Below, piece after piece: positions 8,803-18,735 of a stretch of DNA of 64,000 bases. The notes beneath the pieces were generated by a model, which did not search any database, had not been told where the DNA came from, and saw only the letters and a program-made list of their open reading frames with translations. Position numbers and translations under genes: made by a program. Location of the stretch: positions 64,001 through 128,000 of the IMG/VR virus record IMGVR_UViG_3300037245_000806. One strand, written 5' to 3'. Position 1 is the first letter of the stretch; each line of letters starts with the position of its first letter. This DNA is from a virus.

Positions 8803-9801
8803 TTATTCTGCTTCCCATCCCTGAGCCTCTAGGAGCACTCCTATGGCAGGCGGCTTGTGGCTTGCAGGCTTAATCCACTTGCCGTCATTTCGGCGATAAC
8901 CCGAGCGGAACTCGACGTCACAGTCCTGACAATGACGATCACCCGGCACTTTTCCGCCCCCGACAAATGGCCCACCCGGCTTACCGCACTCCGGGCAGTG
9001 ATGCTCGAACTTGGCGAGGTTGTTCTTGTCCACCTCCTGTAGTATCGCCACGTCGGTGATGCCGCAGGCGATGAGCATGCCCGCGTTGACCACGCTTATG
9101 TCAGCGAAGCCGTCAACGATGGCTTCAAGGTCCGGGCGGATGATGGAAGGCACGATCTCAACGGTGTCCTTGTTCACCTCCACCATCTCACCGTTCGATG
9201 AGCGCACCCGCACGCACGTGCCGAGCGCCAGCGTGGTCTCTAGCACTTCCTCGACCGAGAGCTTGGCCCTGAGGACGCGCGTCTCCTCGTCGGGGACGCA
9301 GGGCTTGTCAGGTGTGTCCTGATTCGCGTGCTCCATGAACTTCTTGACGCGGTCGTAGTGCGGAGTCGTCTTCGACTGAGGAGCGAGCAACCACGCGCAA
9401 CTGCGCATGGCCTCTTCGACCTCGATCTCCTGCACGATCATCTCGTCAGGCGCGCAGGTGAGCTTACCGTCCCACATGTTCAGCACATTCAAGACCGGGT
9501 TCAGGTCATCGCTGACCGGCTCGATCTTCTTGCCAGCGGTGTGCGGCTCCGCACCCGCAACGTTGTAGAAGTATGCTCCGACAGACAACTCATCGAAGCG
9601 ACACGTCGGCTTCCCGCGACTCGGGAAGTGCTCCTTTACCTCATCCACGGCGTCCGTCCTTCCTTGTTTGAATTGGCTGTCCCACTTGCGGCGGTCTTCC
9701 TCGCTAAGCCCGTAGTAGAAGCTCCCGATACCGCGAACGATTTCTTCCGTCTCTATGTCAAAGCACTTTTGCCGAAGCGCCTCTGCAAAGTCTTTCATCA
9801 A
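8803..9801 (-). CDS. MazG-like/PRA-PH family dNTP pyrophosphatase with N-terminal extension and zinc-ribbon insertion
   Basis: RVKKFM..A.Q..P...LRAKL..EE..E...D.F ADI.VV...VDKNNLAK...R.DGK..KP..HKPP; CPEC/CQDC inserted near the C-terminus. Confidence 0.75.
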   Translation of the reverse strand: MMKDFAEALRQKCFDIETEEIVRGIGSFYYGLSEEDRRKWDSQFKQGRTDAVDEVKEHFPSRGKPTCRFDELSVGAYFYNVAGAEPHTAGKKIEPVSDDLNPVLNVLNMWDGKLTCAPDEMIVQEIEVEEAMRSCAWLLAPQSKTTPHYDRVKKFMEHANQDTPDKPCVPDEETRVLRAKLSVEEVLETTLALGTCVRVRSSNGEMVEVNKDTVEIVPSIIRPDLEAIVDGFADISVVNAGMLIACGITDVAILQEVDKNNLAKFEHHCPECGKPGGPFVGGGKVPGDRHCQDCDVEFRSGYRRNDGKWIKPASHKPPAIGVLLEAQGWEAE

Positions 9802-9937
9802 GCCTCCACGAAAGAGTCAGGGGGCGGGGTCCACCAGAAGCAGACCGCAAGAGGAAAAGAGAGCATGCACGCAGCAGCTAGTTCCCGCCAGTTGTCACGT
9901 CACGCCCGGACCCAAGCCCGATGCCGCCCCCCGATTA

Positions 9938-10276
9938 CTAACGCGACGAATCGCTGTGCGACGGGTCACCGCGTCGAGTCACGTCACCCGGCCCGCCGGG
10001 CTTCTTCTCAACGTCGAGCTTTGTGGGTGCGTCCTGATTAGGCACGAGGACCGCGCGGTTCACGTCGATCCAGTGCTCCTTGATCTCACCCTTGTGGATG
10101 TACTCAAGGCAGACGCGGTTGCAGCCGGTGAACCAGAGCGAAACGCATATCGCAACGCCCTCGATCTTCTCACCATGCACCTTGTCATGGTAGCGCCACC
10201 CCAGACTGATCCCCGTGTCGCCAATGGTCACCGGCTCAGGCGACCCCTCTTTCTTCACGCCCACATCACCGTCCAT
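9938..10276 (-). CDS. small conserved phage protein (SH3-like beta protein)
   Basis: DKVHG...EG.A......TGC.RV.L...EHWID..R; AAGGAGGAG RBS. Confidence 0.65.
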   Translation of the reverse strand: MDGDVGVKKEGSPEPVTIGDTGISLGWRYHDKVHGEKIEGVAICVSLWFTGCNRVCLEYIHKGEIKEHWIDVNRAVLVPNQDAPTKLDVEKKPGGPGDVTRRGDPSHSDSSR

Positions 10277-10310
10277 GAGTCTCCTCCTTCTTTCTGGTAC
10301 GTCACAAGCC

Positions 10311-11264
10311 TCACCCGCTCAGGTGAGGGTAGTCAGGTTCCGTTGTACCGACCGAAGCCCATGCCGCGACGACCGCGATTGCAGGGGACGCCCGCCGGTT
10401 CGTGAGCACAGCGCGGCTCTTGATCGCCCTCCTGCACCTTGGCGATGGCAGCCTCCACGAGCCCCACGACTTCATTGGGCCGGTAACCACCACGACTCGA
10501 CTTGCGCATGTCTGCCTCAAGCTGTCGCAGCACTTTCTCAGTATCCATCGGGCCTCCCTCTTTCTGTAGTCTACTCGTCCGTCCGGTCGCGCACCGGCAG
10601 GTCGCCAGCCATCGCTTCATGTCTGCTCGTGAAGACGTCTGCCCTTTTGTAAAAGCGTATGGCGTGCTTCGTCGGACGACCCCGGCCCTTGGAGTACACG
10701 CACACCTTCGCGTCGTCGAATGAAATGACGCGCGCCTGTATGACGGACACATACGTCTTGAACGCCAGCCTGATGAAGACACGTACACCGACGCCCATGC
10801 TCGGCACCAGACCGGCAGGCAACTCACCGCTCATCGTGTCGCTCCATCCTTCTTGTCAACGCCCCCGGCAGCGTGGGAATGCACGTCGAAGAAGACCGGG
10901 TTGTCCTGCTGGCAGCGCGTGCAGATGTCCCCGATCCATCCTTCTGTGCAATCTTCGCAGCACTCCTTCACACCACATTCGATACACACGCGTAGTTCCC
11001 TGATCTCCCGACACGAGCGACAGAGTTCTTTGCTCATGACTTCTCCACAAATGCCTCAAGCCGGTCAGCGTAATCATTGGCGAGCTTGATGTAATACCCT
11101 CGTGCTTCCTTCGCCCCCTTGAAGACCTCGTGCTCCTCGCCCCCGGAAAGCGTCATCACCGGGCACGCTTCTGCGCGCTCAAGGGCCTGCTGGCGCGCGT
11201 CGGCCAGCCACAATCCTGTTACGACCTTGGGTTCTTTCGGGCGCTCCATCTGACCCCCACTCAT
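10311..11264 (-). other. run of four small coupled hypothetical ORFs
   Basis: 10311-~10547, 10571-10834, 10831-11037 (CxxC pairs), 11034-11264; three junctions are ATGA overlaps. Confidence 0.55.
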
Positions 11265-11860
11265 CGCTTCGGCACATACAGCACAACCTCAGCCACGAAC
11301 TTCCCGGCGGTGGCCGTGCCGAGGATTCCATCGCGCCCCACGGCGAAGCACTTCGGCAAAGCCAGCACGTGCGAAAGGCGGTAGTCGAGTATGAAGAGGG
11401 GGGCAACGCGCCCGGAAGTCCTGATACCCAAGCGCACCTTCTTTACGTACCGTTGGTCTATGCCATCCGCTTCGATCTCGAAGAGGTGCGAGGCCACACT
11501 GCGCGTGAGCGGCAGTACCGGTTGGCCCGACTTGTCGAGCAACTTGATCTTCACGTCAGCGAGGTGGAAGTGCTTCGTCTCCACCACGTCACGCTCGAAC
11601 TCAGGGATATCAGCAGCGCGAAGCAGCGGACGTGACGCAGGTGAGAAGTCAGGCTTCTCCATGTGCGCGTCCTTGTCGAAGACCCAGCCGAGCCAGCCCT
11701 CGAAGTCACACGCGCACTTAACCGCGAACTCAGGCTTGCTCGTGTAACGCCCGACGCCCGTGTACTGCAAGTCGGGCTTGAGGCACTTCGGACAGGGGGT
11801 CTGAATCAGCTTCGCCACAGACTCCGCGCCCGGCATCTTCATTTCTTTGTCATTCGGCAT
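11261..11860 (-). CDS. hypothetical protein with N-terminal zinc ribbon
   Basis: CPKC...CAC; GAAGGGA RBS. Confidence 0.65.
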   Translation of the reverse strand: MPNDKEMKMPGAESVAKLIQTPCPKCLKPDLQYTGVGRYTSKPEFAVKCACDFEGWLGWVFDKDAHMEKPDFSPASRPLLRAADIPEFERDVVETKHFHLADVKIKLLDKSGQPVLPLTRSVASHLFEIEADGIDQRYVKKVRLGIRTSGRVAPLFILDYRLSHVLALPKCFAVGRDGILGTATAGKFVAEVVLYVPKR

Positions 11861-11997
11861 CGCTGTAGTTCCCTTCTCGAACCCGCTTCCGAAGCTCACG
11901 CGCCGCCTTGCCAAAGCTCACGCCACGCCCCGGCACAATCGTCATGCCGTGCGGGCCTTTCCTTTGCATGCCATCATACTTATTCATCAGGACACGC

Positions 11998-12561
11998 TCA
12001 GCCTTGTTGATCGCTGCTAACGTCGCCACTGGTCGGCCTTTCAAAGCGGCGCATGTCAGCCGCATTCTTCGGACAACTGCCACTGTAATGCCCGGCCCCA
12101 CCACAGTACCGACAGGGCCTCTCCTCCGTAGCCGGGTCAGCCCACTCAGGGCGCTCGATCTCCGAAGGCTTCGCAGTCACTGCCTCGCGAAGCGCTTCAA
12201 AGCAGCTGCCCCGAGCGTCTATAGCTGGCGTCGATTCCATCGGACCGAGCTTTCGGACGCGCCAACTCTGCCCGAGTATGTGCGCAAGTACGCGCTCCGC
12301 AGCCATGCGGACCTTGTGATCCATCGTGCTATTGACGCACGAGTCTCCCTGTAGTTTCCAGCCGGTCGCCACGGCTTCCTTGGGGGATTCCATCGCACGC
12401 TGCGCATCGCCCATGCCCCGGCAGAACTTGTATTGAAGCGCGCGCCTCTCGTCTGGGGTGACCTGCTCTGTGGCGACCATCTCATCCAAGGCCTTGATGC
12501 CGCCCTCTGTGAGATGCTTGATCATGTTCGCTATGCACTTGCGGAATTCGTCGGACATCAA
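11998..12561 (-). CDS. hypothetical protein with CCHC zinc knuckle
   Basis: CRYCGGAGHYSGSC = C-x2-C-x4-H-x4-C; AAGGAG RBS. Confidence 0.7.
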   Translation of the reverse strand: MMSDEFRKCIANMIKHLTEGGIKALDEMVATEQVTPDERRALQYKFCRGMGDAQRAMESPKEAVATGWKLQGDSCVNSTMDHKVRMAAERVLAHILGQSWRVRKLGPMESTPAIDARGSCFEALREAVTAKPSEIERPEWADPATEERPCRYCGGAGHYSGSCPKNAADMRRFERPTSGDVSSDQQG

Positions 12562-12567
12562 AACTCC

Positions 12568-12942
12568 TTACCCGCGCAGCCTGAAACGGCCCTTGTATTC
12601 AGGTAACACGCGACAAAGATTGCAGAGCAATCGAATATCGTCCGGGTTGTACGTGCTGGCCGTGCCAGAAACCTTCATTTGAACCTTACGAATACCGTAC
12701 CGGATACCCGAACGCTGGCACCCGGCACAGGGCTTCGTCTTTGGCTGCTCGCCCTCGTAGTGCGGCCCCATATCAAACATACGCCGCTCGATCTCAGTCA
12801 ACGAAGTTGCCAGAGCGATAGCCGCGTTCTCTATTCTGTCCCGCTCAGGCTGGTCCACCCTATGCAGATTCCGTTCGCACCATGTGTCGAGCTTAGTCGA
12901 TACCCAACCAAGGCCCGCTATGCGCTTCTTACTTTTCAGCAT
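12568..12942 (-). CDS. hypothetical protein with treble-clef/degenerate HNH-like zinc site
   Basis: CAGC...YNPDDIRLLCNLC. Confidence 0.55.
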   Translation of the reverse strand: MLKSKKRIAGLGWVSTKLDTWCERNLHRVDQPERDRIENAAIALATSLTEIERRMFDMGPHYEGEQPKTKPCAGCQRSGIRYGIRKVQMKVSGTASTYNPDDIRLLCNLCRVLPEYKGRFRLRG

Positions 12943-13418
12943 CAGGCACCAAACCTTCCGTAGACCTCCCGCTGGAACTGTGCTTCGTTACCGCAGTTGT
13001 CAATGACCAGAAAGACACGAGCGTGCCCGCCTTCAATACCCAACTCTGCAAGTATCGCCTGACAACGGCGCATCGTCTTCACGCACCCCTCAGCCGACGT
13101 GAATTCGTTTAGCCAACGCTCAGGGATATGCACGCGCACGACGATGAAGAAGCTGTACTTGATGGCGTCCATGATATCGTCGGCTGTCGGTCGGGCAATG
13201 AAGCGGAGAAGCGCGCGCACCACCGCAGGCGTTGACCCAAGTAGTAATCTGTCATACTCAGCTTGCTGCTGGACACACGCCTTTGAGAGCCCCCACCCAT
13301 CGCCATCGTCAGACTCAGTTGCACGAGCCACGGTGGGCATTGGCGTTATCGCCCCCGGCATCGTGGCCATGCGCTGTACGCGCTCACCCCACGCCGGTCC
13401 TCTGGGTTCATCGGTCAT
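12942..13418 (-). CDS. hypothetical protein, paralogue B of a tandem pair
   Basis: Shares G.S..C.QQQ.E, FI.RPT..DI, FIVVR..IP..W, ELGI.GG..RVFL..D.C with the upstream gene. Confidence 0.75.
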   Translation of the reverse strand: MTDEPRGPAWGERVQRMATMPGAITPMPTVARATESDDGDGWGLSKACVQQQAEYDRLLLGSTPAVVRALLRFIARPTADDIMDAIKYSFFIVVRVHIPERWLNEFTSAEGCVKTMRRCQAILAELGIEGGHARVFLVIDNCGNEAQFQREVYGRFGA

Positions 13419-13837
13419 GCGCAGAATCCCGCGCGAACCTTCTCCTTGAACTCGTCGGCGGCAGTGCAGCTGTCGGCCATGAGGAAGACACGCGGATTTC
13501 CACCCACGATGTCCAACTCCTGTAGCATGGCCCGGCAGAGCTTGAACACCCGCAGCATGCCCTCTTCGGGCGTGAGTTCCTTGCGCCAATGTGACGGGAT
13601 GCGGATGCGCACGACGATGAACGTGTCGTCGGTAGTTGCGCGCTCGATGTCCTGCTTGGTTGGCCGGTCGATGAAGTGAACCCGCTTCGCGACGGCGGCA
13701 GCACTGGCCACCGGTGAGAGCGACTTGAATACCTGTATGAACTCGTGCTGCTGCTGGATGCATTCTAAGGACATGCCCATGCCCTCGTCATGATCGCCCT
13801 TGCACGTCGCGCGAGCCATCCCACGCAGTGTTCCCAC
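13415..13837 (-). CDS. hypothetical protein, paralogue A of a tandem pair (start uncertain)
   Basis: Same motifs as 12942-13418. Confidence 0.7.
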   Translation of the reverse strand: MGTLRGMARATCKGDHDEGMGMSLECIQQQHEFIQVFKSLSPVASAAAVAKRVHFIDRPTKQDIERATTDDTFIVVRIRIPSHWRKELTPEEGMLRVFKLCRAMLQELDIVGGNPRVFLMADSCTAADEFKEKVRAGFCA

Positions 13838-13877
13838 GGCAGGTGCTTCCTTACGGTCCTCTTGGCTTGACACAGTG

Positions 13878-14003
13878 TTACCATCCAAACATGCTGAACA
13901 TCTCACGCATCTCCTTGAACGCATCGCGCAACAGTTTGCGCACGACACAATAGGCAGCCACAGCCACCGCAGCGACTGCACAGACAATGTATAGGGTAGT
14001 CAT
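13878..14003 (-). CDS. 41-aa single-TM peptide
   Basis: GGGAGG RBS; MTTLYIVCAVAAVAVAAYCVVRKLL...FGW; TAA lies within palindrome 13868-13880. Confidence 0.6.
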   Translation of the reverse strand: MTTLYIVCAVAAVAVAAYCVVRKLLRDAFKEMREMFSMFGW

Positions 14004-14029
14004 ATGCGCCTCCCTCAATGAACACGGGC

Positions 14030-14075
14030 ATCCTTACGCATGCCTGTGCCCTTGTCAAGATGTTTTTTCGCATGG
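14030..14075 (-). promoter_or_regulatory. promoter with TTGACA -35 and upstream CCATGCGAAAAAA box
   Basis: TTGACA 14053-14058, weak -10, box 14063-14075. Confidence 0.55.
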
Positions 14076-14088
14076 AGCGTAAACTTAT

Positions 14089-14994
14089 TTAGGGCGAGTT
14101 CTCAGGGAGGAGCGCGAAATTGATGTTGTCAATATCAGGGATAATGTACTCGCACATGGAGACGCCACCCACCTTGAACGAATACTTGACGTTCTCTGCG
14201 GTGTACTCCCCGGAGCGATTAAGGACCAGTTCCCAATAGCCGTCAGGCCCGGCGGTGACAGTCTTCGCACTCTTGATGACCTGAATGCCACCCGTAGTGA
14301 AGAACTTGTAATCGACGAGGTTCGCCACGACGTCGCGCGCCGCAGGGTCGTCACTGATGTCGTGGAGGAAGCCCCACACAACACAGGTTCCCGGCGAGGG
14401 CGGCGAGGAGGGATTGAACGGGGCACCTTCGTAAAGAACCGGTGTTGCGCCGCTCACCACGAGGTCTTTCGGAAGCGGGTCGAAGGTGTACTGCCCGAGC
14501 TTCTTGAGCATCACCTTGTAGTTACCGTCGTCCAGATTCCTCAGGAGTTGGCCTGCCGCATCCGTGAGCCCGAAGGCGTACAGCGTCGTCAGCGTTGCGT
14601 CGAATATCTGAACAGTGCAGTCAGGAATAAGCGGTCCGCTGCCGACCTCTTGCACGGTGAAGGTCACGATGTTCGAGCCCGAACCCGCGCCGTCGATGTC
14701 GTCGAAGAGTTGGTTGTACACGTCGTAGTCATTCCGCTTGCCCTCGGGGAAGAAGGTCGCGTGCGTAATGATGATGAGCCAGCGGCCCGTGAGGTTAGGG
14801 GTGAAGACCGTGGCGTAATCGCCGTTGCCAAGCTCGGTGATCGTGACAGGGATGCTGCCCGAGACCTCTGCCCCGGCGGGGTTCCACAGGCGCACCCCGA
14901 ACGTGGCGGGGAGGACGCCCGTCTTCAGGTTGCCGAGGGCATCGTCGCATACAAAGGTGTCGTGAAGCGGCGTGGCCTTCTTGCCGAGCAGCAT
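14089..14994 (-). CDS. putative virion structural protein (beta-sandwich, prealbumin/CarboxypepD_reg-like repeats)
   Basis: ITELGNGDY..VFTP, TDAAG....LDDGNYKV, T.GPDGYWELVL motifs; located in the tail block. Confidence 0.55.
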   Translation of the reverse strand: MLLGKKATPLHDTFVCDDALGNLKTGVLPATFGVRLWNPAGAEVSGSIPVTITELGNGDYATVFTPNLTGRWLIIITHATFFPEGKRNDYDVYNQLFDDIDGAGSGSNIVTFTVQEVGSGPLIPDCTVQIFDATLTTLYAFGLTDAAGQLLRNLDDGNYKVMLKKLGQYTFDPLPKDLVVSGATPVLYEGAPFNPSSPPSPGTCVVWGFLHDISDDPAARDVVANLVDYKFFTTGGIQVIKSAKTVTAGPDGYWELVLNRSGEYTAENVKYSFKVGGVSMCEYIIPDIDNINFALLPENSP

Positions 14995-15003
14995 CGTAGT
15001 CCC

Positions 15004-15447
15004 CTATGGTGTTTGCTTGATCTTCTCGACCTTTTCGGCGAGGTCATCAAGAGTCTTACAGATACGCTCGTCTGTATCCTTGAATGATGTGTGTTCCGCG
15101 CGCATGTCGCGGAGTATAAGGCTCGTATCACGCGCGTCCTTCTCGCGTTGCTTGGCACCATCTTGGAGGGTCTGCTGAATGGTACTTACATGCTCTAGGC
15201 GCTTGGCAGTTTCCAGATTCATCGTAGTTTGCACGCCCCGGTCTGCATGGATGGCGTCGAACTTCTTGTCTGATTCCTCGACGTGCTTCTGGACAATGGT
15301 GAGGGTCTTCTCGATCTGCGTGCTCTGCTTTCCGATCACGCGATACTGGACTATCTCGGCCACGAAATAGGTGGTTACGAGAAACGCGACGAAAGCCAAC
15401 GCCCTGAGCACATTCGTGACCGTCAGGAACTTGCCTTCTTTAGGCAT
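15004..15447 (-). CDS. membrane-anchored coiled-coil protein (holin or spanin-like candidate)
   Basis: One N-terminal TM helix followed by a coiled coil. Confidence 0.5.
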   Translation of the reverse strand: MPKEGKFLTVTNVLRALAFVAFLVTTYFVAEIVQYRVIGKQSTQIEKTLTIVQKHVEESDKKFDAIHADRGVQTTMNLETAKRLEHVSTIQQTLQDGAKQREKDARDTSLILRDMRAEHTSFKDTDERICKTLDDLAEKVEKIKQTP

Positions 15448-15619
15448 CGTTTTTGCGTCCTTCCATTCGAGGTCCAGCGTAGTTACCCAACGGCCAGTAC
15501 CACGGTGCCCCACTCGGCTTGAAACAGGACGCGCACGCTATTATCCCGGCACAATACGCTCCGGGTGTTGCAACAAGCATTCCTATCACCAATCCGAGGA
15601 GCCACCACATTTCGCCCCC

Positions 15620-16024
15620 TTACGAACCGACTTCATCTCGATATTGAGGCCACATGAAGTGACCCACAGGGAACCCGAGCGCGAACACGACATGCGGATG
15701 ATTGCACAAGTAGTCGATTGGCGCAAGTGAAGGACACGTCAATGCGAGACCGGTGAGGAGAATGCCGAGGAGAGCGACGACGATCAACCGTTGCTTCAAT
15801 GTGGAGTTGTCGCGGGGTCCATCCTTGTGCCAGAAGATGTGCCCGGCGAGGACGCCGAACACATACGGGAAGCCCAACAGGCGAGACGTGATCCGCAGGA
15901 CTGCGCTGATCGTAGTGTCCTCCAACCCATCGTGTAATAGTACCACATCCCACACGATCAAGCCAGCAGCGAGCGCTAGAATTCCGTACAGCGTCTTTCG
16001 CCCGTCAGATGTCAGCAGACCCAT
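15620..16024 (-). CDS. four-TM membrane protein (holin candidate)
   Basis: Hydrophobic helices; internal duplication of G..AGH(I/F)(F/M)W motif; TISA motif. Confidence 0.55.
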   Translation of the reverse strand: MGLLTSDGRKTLYGILALAAGLIVWDVVLLHDGLEDTTISAVLRITSRLLGFPYVFGVLAGHIFWHKDGPRDNSTLKQRLIVVALLGILLTGLALTCPSLAPIDYLCNHPHVVFALGFPVGHFMWPQYRDEVGS

Positions 16025-16029
16025 GTTAC

Positions 16030-16626
16030 CTACCGCTCATCTTCGACGGCGACGACCTCTGCGACTGTCTCGCAGGCAGCCACCAGCATCTTGAGCGCGC
16101 GTCCGCTGTCGGTGTGCGTCTTGACCGTGCCGAGCGCGGTCAGATAGAACGTGTTGTACGCGGCTTCGTCCGCAAGCGCATGCTCAATGTCAGCGTCACT
16201 CGTGGATACCTTGTGCGGGAACGTGATCTGACCCATGTCGATGGCAGCCTTCACCCCGACGATGTTCATCTGCGCTTGGTCAGACAAGCTGAACTGATGC
16301 CCGTCATAGGTGAAGCCCTCGCCGATCTTCACACGCGTAGTCACGTCGATCTCCGCACCCTTGGCGACCTTGACAACATCCAGCGGGCGCTCGTCGAGCG
16401 TCTTGGGGCGCACCGCCGTCTTGGCGTCGAGGTCGTAGGTCCAGTCATTCAACCGGACGGTGTGCGTGAGCGGGTTGAGTGCTGGCGTCGAGACAGTCGT
16501 CTCCGCGAGGAACACGATGTTCTCCGCGAGTCCCGGTATCTCCCCGGTGCCCTCTTCCGTCGTGGGCCACGGCCTGCCATGCGCGACGGCCTCGCCCGCG
16601 TCGGTGTCATAGATCGTATACAGCAT
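16030..16626 (-). CDS. DUF4376-like tail fibre assembly protein
   Basis: K.AK.AEID.......GF.YDG..F.LSD.AQ.NI.G ... LK..V.ACETVAEV.AV. Confidence 0.7.
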   Translation of the reverse strand: MLYTIYDTDAGEAVAHGRPWPTTEEGTGEIPGLAENIVFLAETTVSTPALNPLTHTVRLNDWTYDLDAKTAVRPKTLDERPLDVVKVAKGAEIDVTTRVKIGEGFTYDGHQFSLSDQAQMNIVGVKAAIDMGQITFPHKVSTSDADIEHALADEAAYNTFYLTALGTVKTHTDSGRALKMLVAACETVAEVVAVEDER

Positions 16627-16635
16627 ATCGTCCTC

Positions 16636-18735
16636 CTAGATCGTTGGTGCTGCATCCTTGTACGGATGTCCACCGGGGAGCTTGCTTTCCTGCCCCCACT
16701 TCCAAGCGAAGTAGCCTTCCATCCGCTGCCGATCAGCTTCGGTGAGTTCACCATCGACAATGACGATCTCACCGATCATACCATCCGCCGCGTGCGCGTA
16801 CTGGTTGTCCGCGATGGCATTCATACCGAGCGTCCTCGGATAGCGGTATAGTCCCGCGTTGTCGGTCAGTACACCATCGACACTGAACTGCTTCTGCGAC
16901 GTGCGGATGTGCGAGAGGAAGCCGAGGATGTAGTCGGTGGCGATGACCGCAGTCTGAGCCGCCTTCGTGTCGGTCGGACTCCACGGCGAGGCGCTTCCCC
17001 AGTTCCGAATCAAGCCGGTCGTGAGGACCGTGTTCTGCGTGTTGCTGCCTCCGATGCAGGTGAAGTCAGCGACCAGCGCGTCGATGTTGATGACGCACCA
17101 CATCTCCTTGCCGATCATGTCGATGGCTGAACCGAAGTCGAGGTGCTGACTCGACGCGCCCACGTAGTCGAAGACGTTCTCGCCGCCGATGGTGCGCGTC
17201 CCGGTCGTCGGCCTGTTCCCGCCCGACTGCGTGGCGTCGTTTTCCCTGCCGCTCTTGTCGTCAATCTGATCGACCGCGCCAGCCGTGTCGGAGATCGTCG
17301 CGGAGTCGGCGGTATCCCACCACGCTTCGAGGGGTTCCCCGGCGTCCTTCGGCGTCCACGCCCGCGTCGCACGAGTCGGAGCGTGGCCCTTGTACGGGTG
17401 CCCGATGGGGAGTAGTGCTTGGATGCCCCACTTCCACGCGAGGTATCCCTCGATCTTCTGAATGTTGGCAAGCGTCAGGTCCGTGATGACAATGAACTCA
17501 GCCATCGCGCCGTCAGGAATAGCCGTGCCCGCGCGGTCAGCGAACATCCTGAGAGTCTGCGAGGCCGAGAGCTTGGTCGAGTACGTCTGCGGCGTCCCGT
17601 TCACTTCCCCATCGACCCGCGCACTGATCTCTGTGTCGCCGGTGAAATCGAAGATGGACGCGAACATGTGCGCGCCCGTGTAAGGGCCACCCGTTAGCGC
17701 GACGTTGGTGCCTCCCGTGGCGTCAATCTCACCGTCGAACTGACTCGCGTTCGCAGCGTCTAGCTGGTAGTCCTCCGCAGCGTCCGCGCTCCACAGTGAA
17801 TCGTTCGCGTCGTCCACCGAGTCGATCAACACGACGCCGATGACCGCGTGGTCTCCCGAGGCGTCGATGGGGAAGGCGGTCTTCGCCATGAAGTCGCCGC
17901 CGTCGCAGTCGAGGACGTTCAAACCGTTCTGTGTGCGTGCGCCCGAGGTCGGCTGCGCTGCCACAGTCGCTTGAACCAGATCGCGCTGCTGGTTCGCCTT
18001 GTCCTGCCACAAGCTCACGTCTGCGGCTTCAACCGTCAGGAGTGGCGATATTCCGTAGATCGGAAGATCGTAGGTGTCAGTATTGACGCCACGATCAATC
18101 CAGAACTGTTGCTCGGCCCGTGCAAGACCCAAGTTGGTGTTGCCACCGTTGCCAAGAGGATTTTCGGCAGTGCCGTCCCAACGAGTACCCGTCCAGACAG
18201 CACACCACGATGTCCAAATAGGAGTGTCATTCGGACGCAGGTTTCCGTCTTCGTCCAAGTCTATATTGACTCTGGCCCAACTACTGCTAGGCCACATATC
18301 TGAGAGCTTGAGGAAAGCCACCTGTGCGCCGTCCATCAGGATAACCGCACTGTCCGTGTCGGAGCCGGGATCGGTGTTAGTATTATCTTTCGCGTCTACA
18401 GTGGCCGTGGACACAACAGCCGTCCATCCCGTACCGAGTCCAGCCGCAGTCGCTAGGTTCTGAATGAACGTGTTGTAGTCCGCTATCGTTGCAGACGACC
18501 CATCCCGCACGCCACTCGACACGAACATCAGTCGGTACTTGTCCCCGACCTGCCACGGCTTCCCTGTGTTGGGATTGATCGGGAGCGCGTCAACGTCGAG
18601 GACGCCAAGCTCGCCAGCCGCACCGAGGATCGTCGCCTCGTCGGCGGCGTCATACCACGCGTCGAGGTCGATCTCAGACGGGAGCCACGGCGTAGACGGG
18701 ATACCAAATGTCCTGAATGGGTTGATGATCTCCAT
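16636..18735 (-). CDS. receptor-binding/fibre protein: two ConA/LamG-like repeats with an inserted lectin-like domain
   Basis: Duplicated W.D..D..TI...DK.....Q...P..G.RT..G...EGY.AWKWG....LP.GHPYK..APT; ~200-aa insertion in repeat 1. Confidence 0.7.
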   Translation of the reverse strand: MEIINPFRTFGIPSTPWLPSEIDLDAWYDAADEATILGAAGELGVLDVDALPINPNTGKPWQVGDKYRLMFVSSGVRDGSSATIADYNTFIQNLATAAGLGTGWTAVVSTATVDAKDNTNTDPGSDTDSAVILMDGAQVAFLKLSDMWPSSSWARVNIDLDEDGNLRPNDTPIWTSWCAVWTGTRWDGTAENPLGNGGNTNLGLARAEQQFWIDRGVNTDTYDLPIYGISPLLTVEAADVSLWQDKANQQRDLVQATVAAQPTSGARTQNGLNVLDCDGGDFMAKTAFPIDASGDHAVIGVVLIDSVDDANDSLWSADAAEDYQLDAANASQFDGEIDATGGTNVALTGGPYTGAHMFASIFDFTGDTEISARVDGEVNGTPQTYSTKLSASQTLRMFADRAGTAIPDGAMAEFIVITDLTLANIQKIEGYLAWKWGIQALLPIGHPYKGHAPTRATRAWTPKDAGEPLEAWWDTADSATISDTAGAVDQIDDKSGRENDATQSGGNRPTTGTRTIGGENVFDYVGASSQHLDFGSAIDMIGKEMWCVINIDALVADFTCIGGSNTQNTVLTTGLIRNWGSASPWSPTDTKAAQTAVIATDYILGFLSHIRTSQKQFSVDGVLTDNAGLYRYPRTLGMNAIADNQYAHAADGMIGEIVIVDGELTEADRQRMEGYFAWKWGQESKLPGGHPYKDAAPTI

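Noticed and set aside
16636-18735. Diversity-generating retroelement target (lectin-like domain)
   Set aside because: No reverse transcriptase and no adenine-variant template repeat seen in the window.
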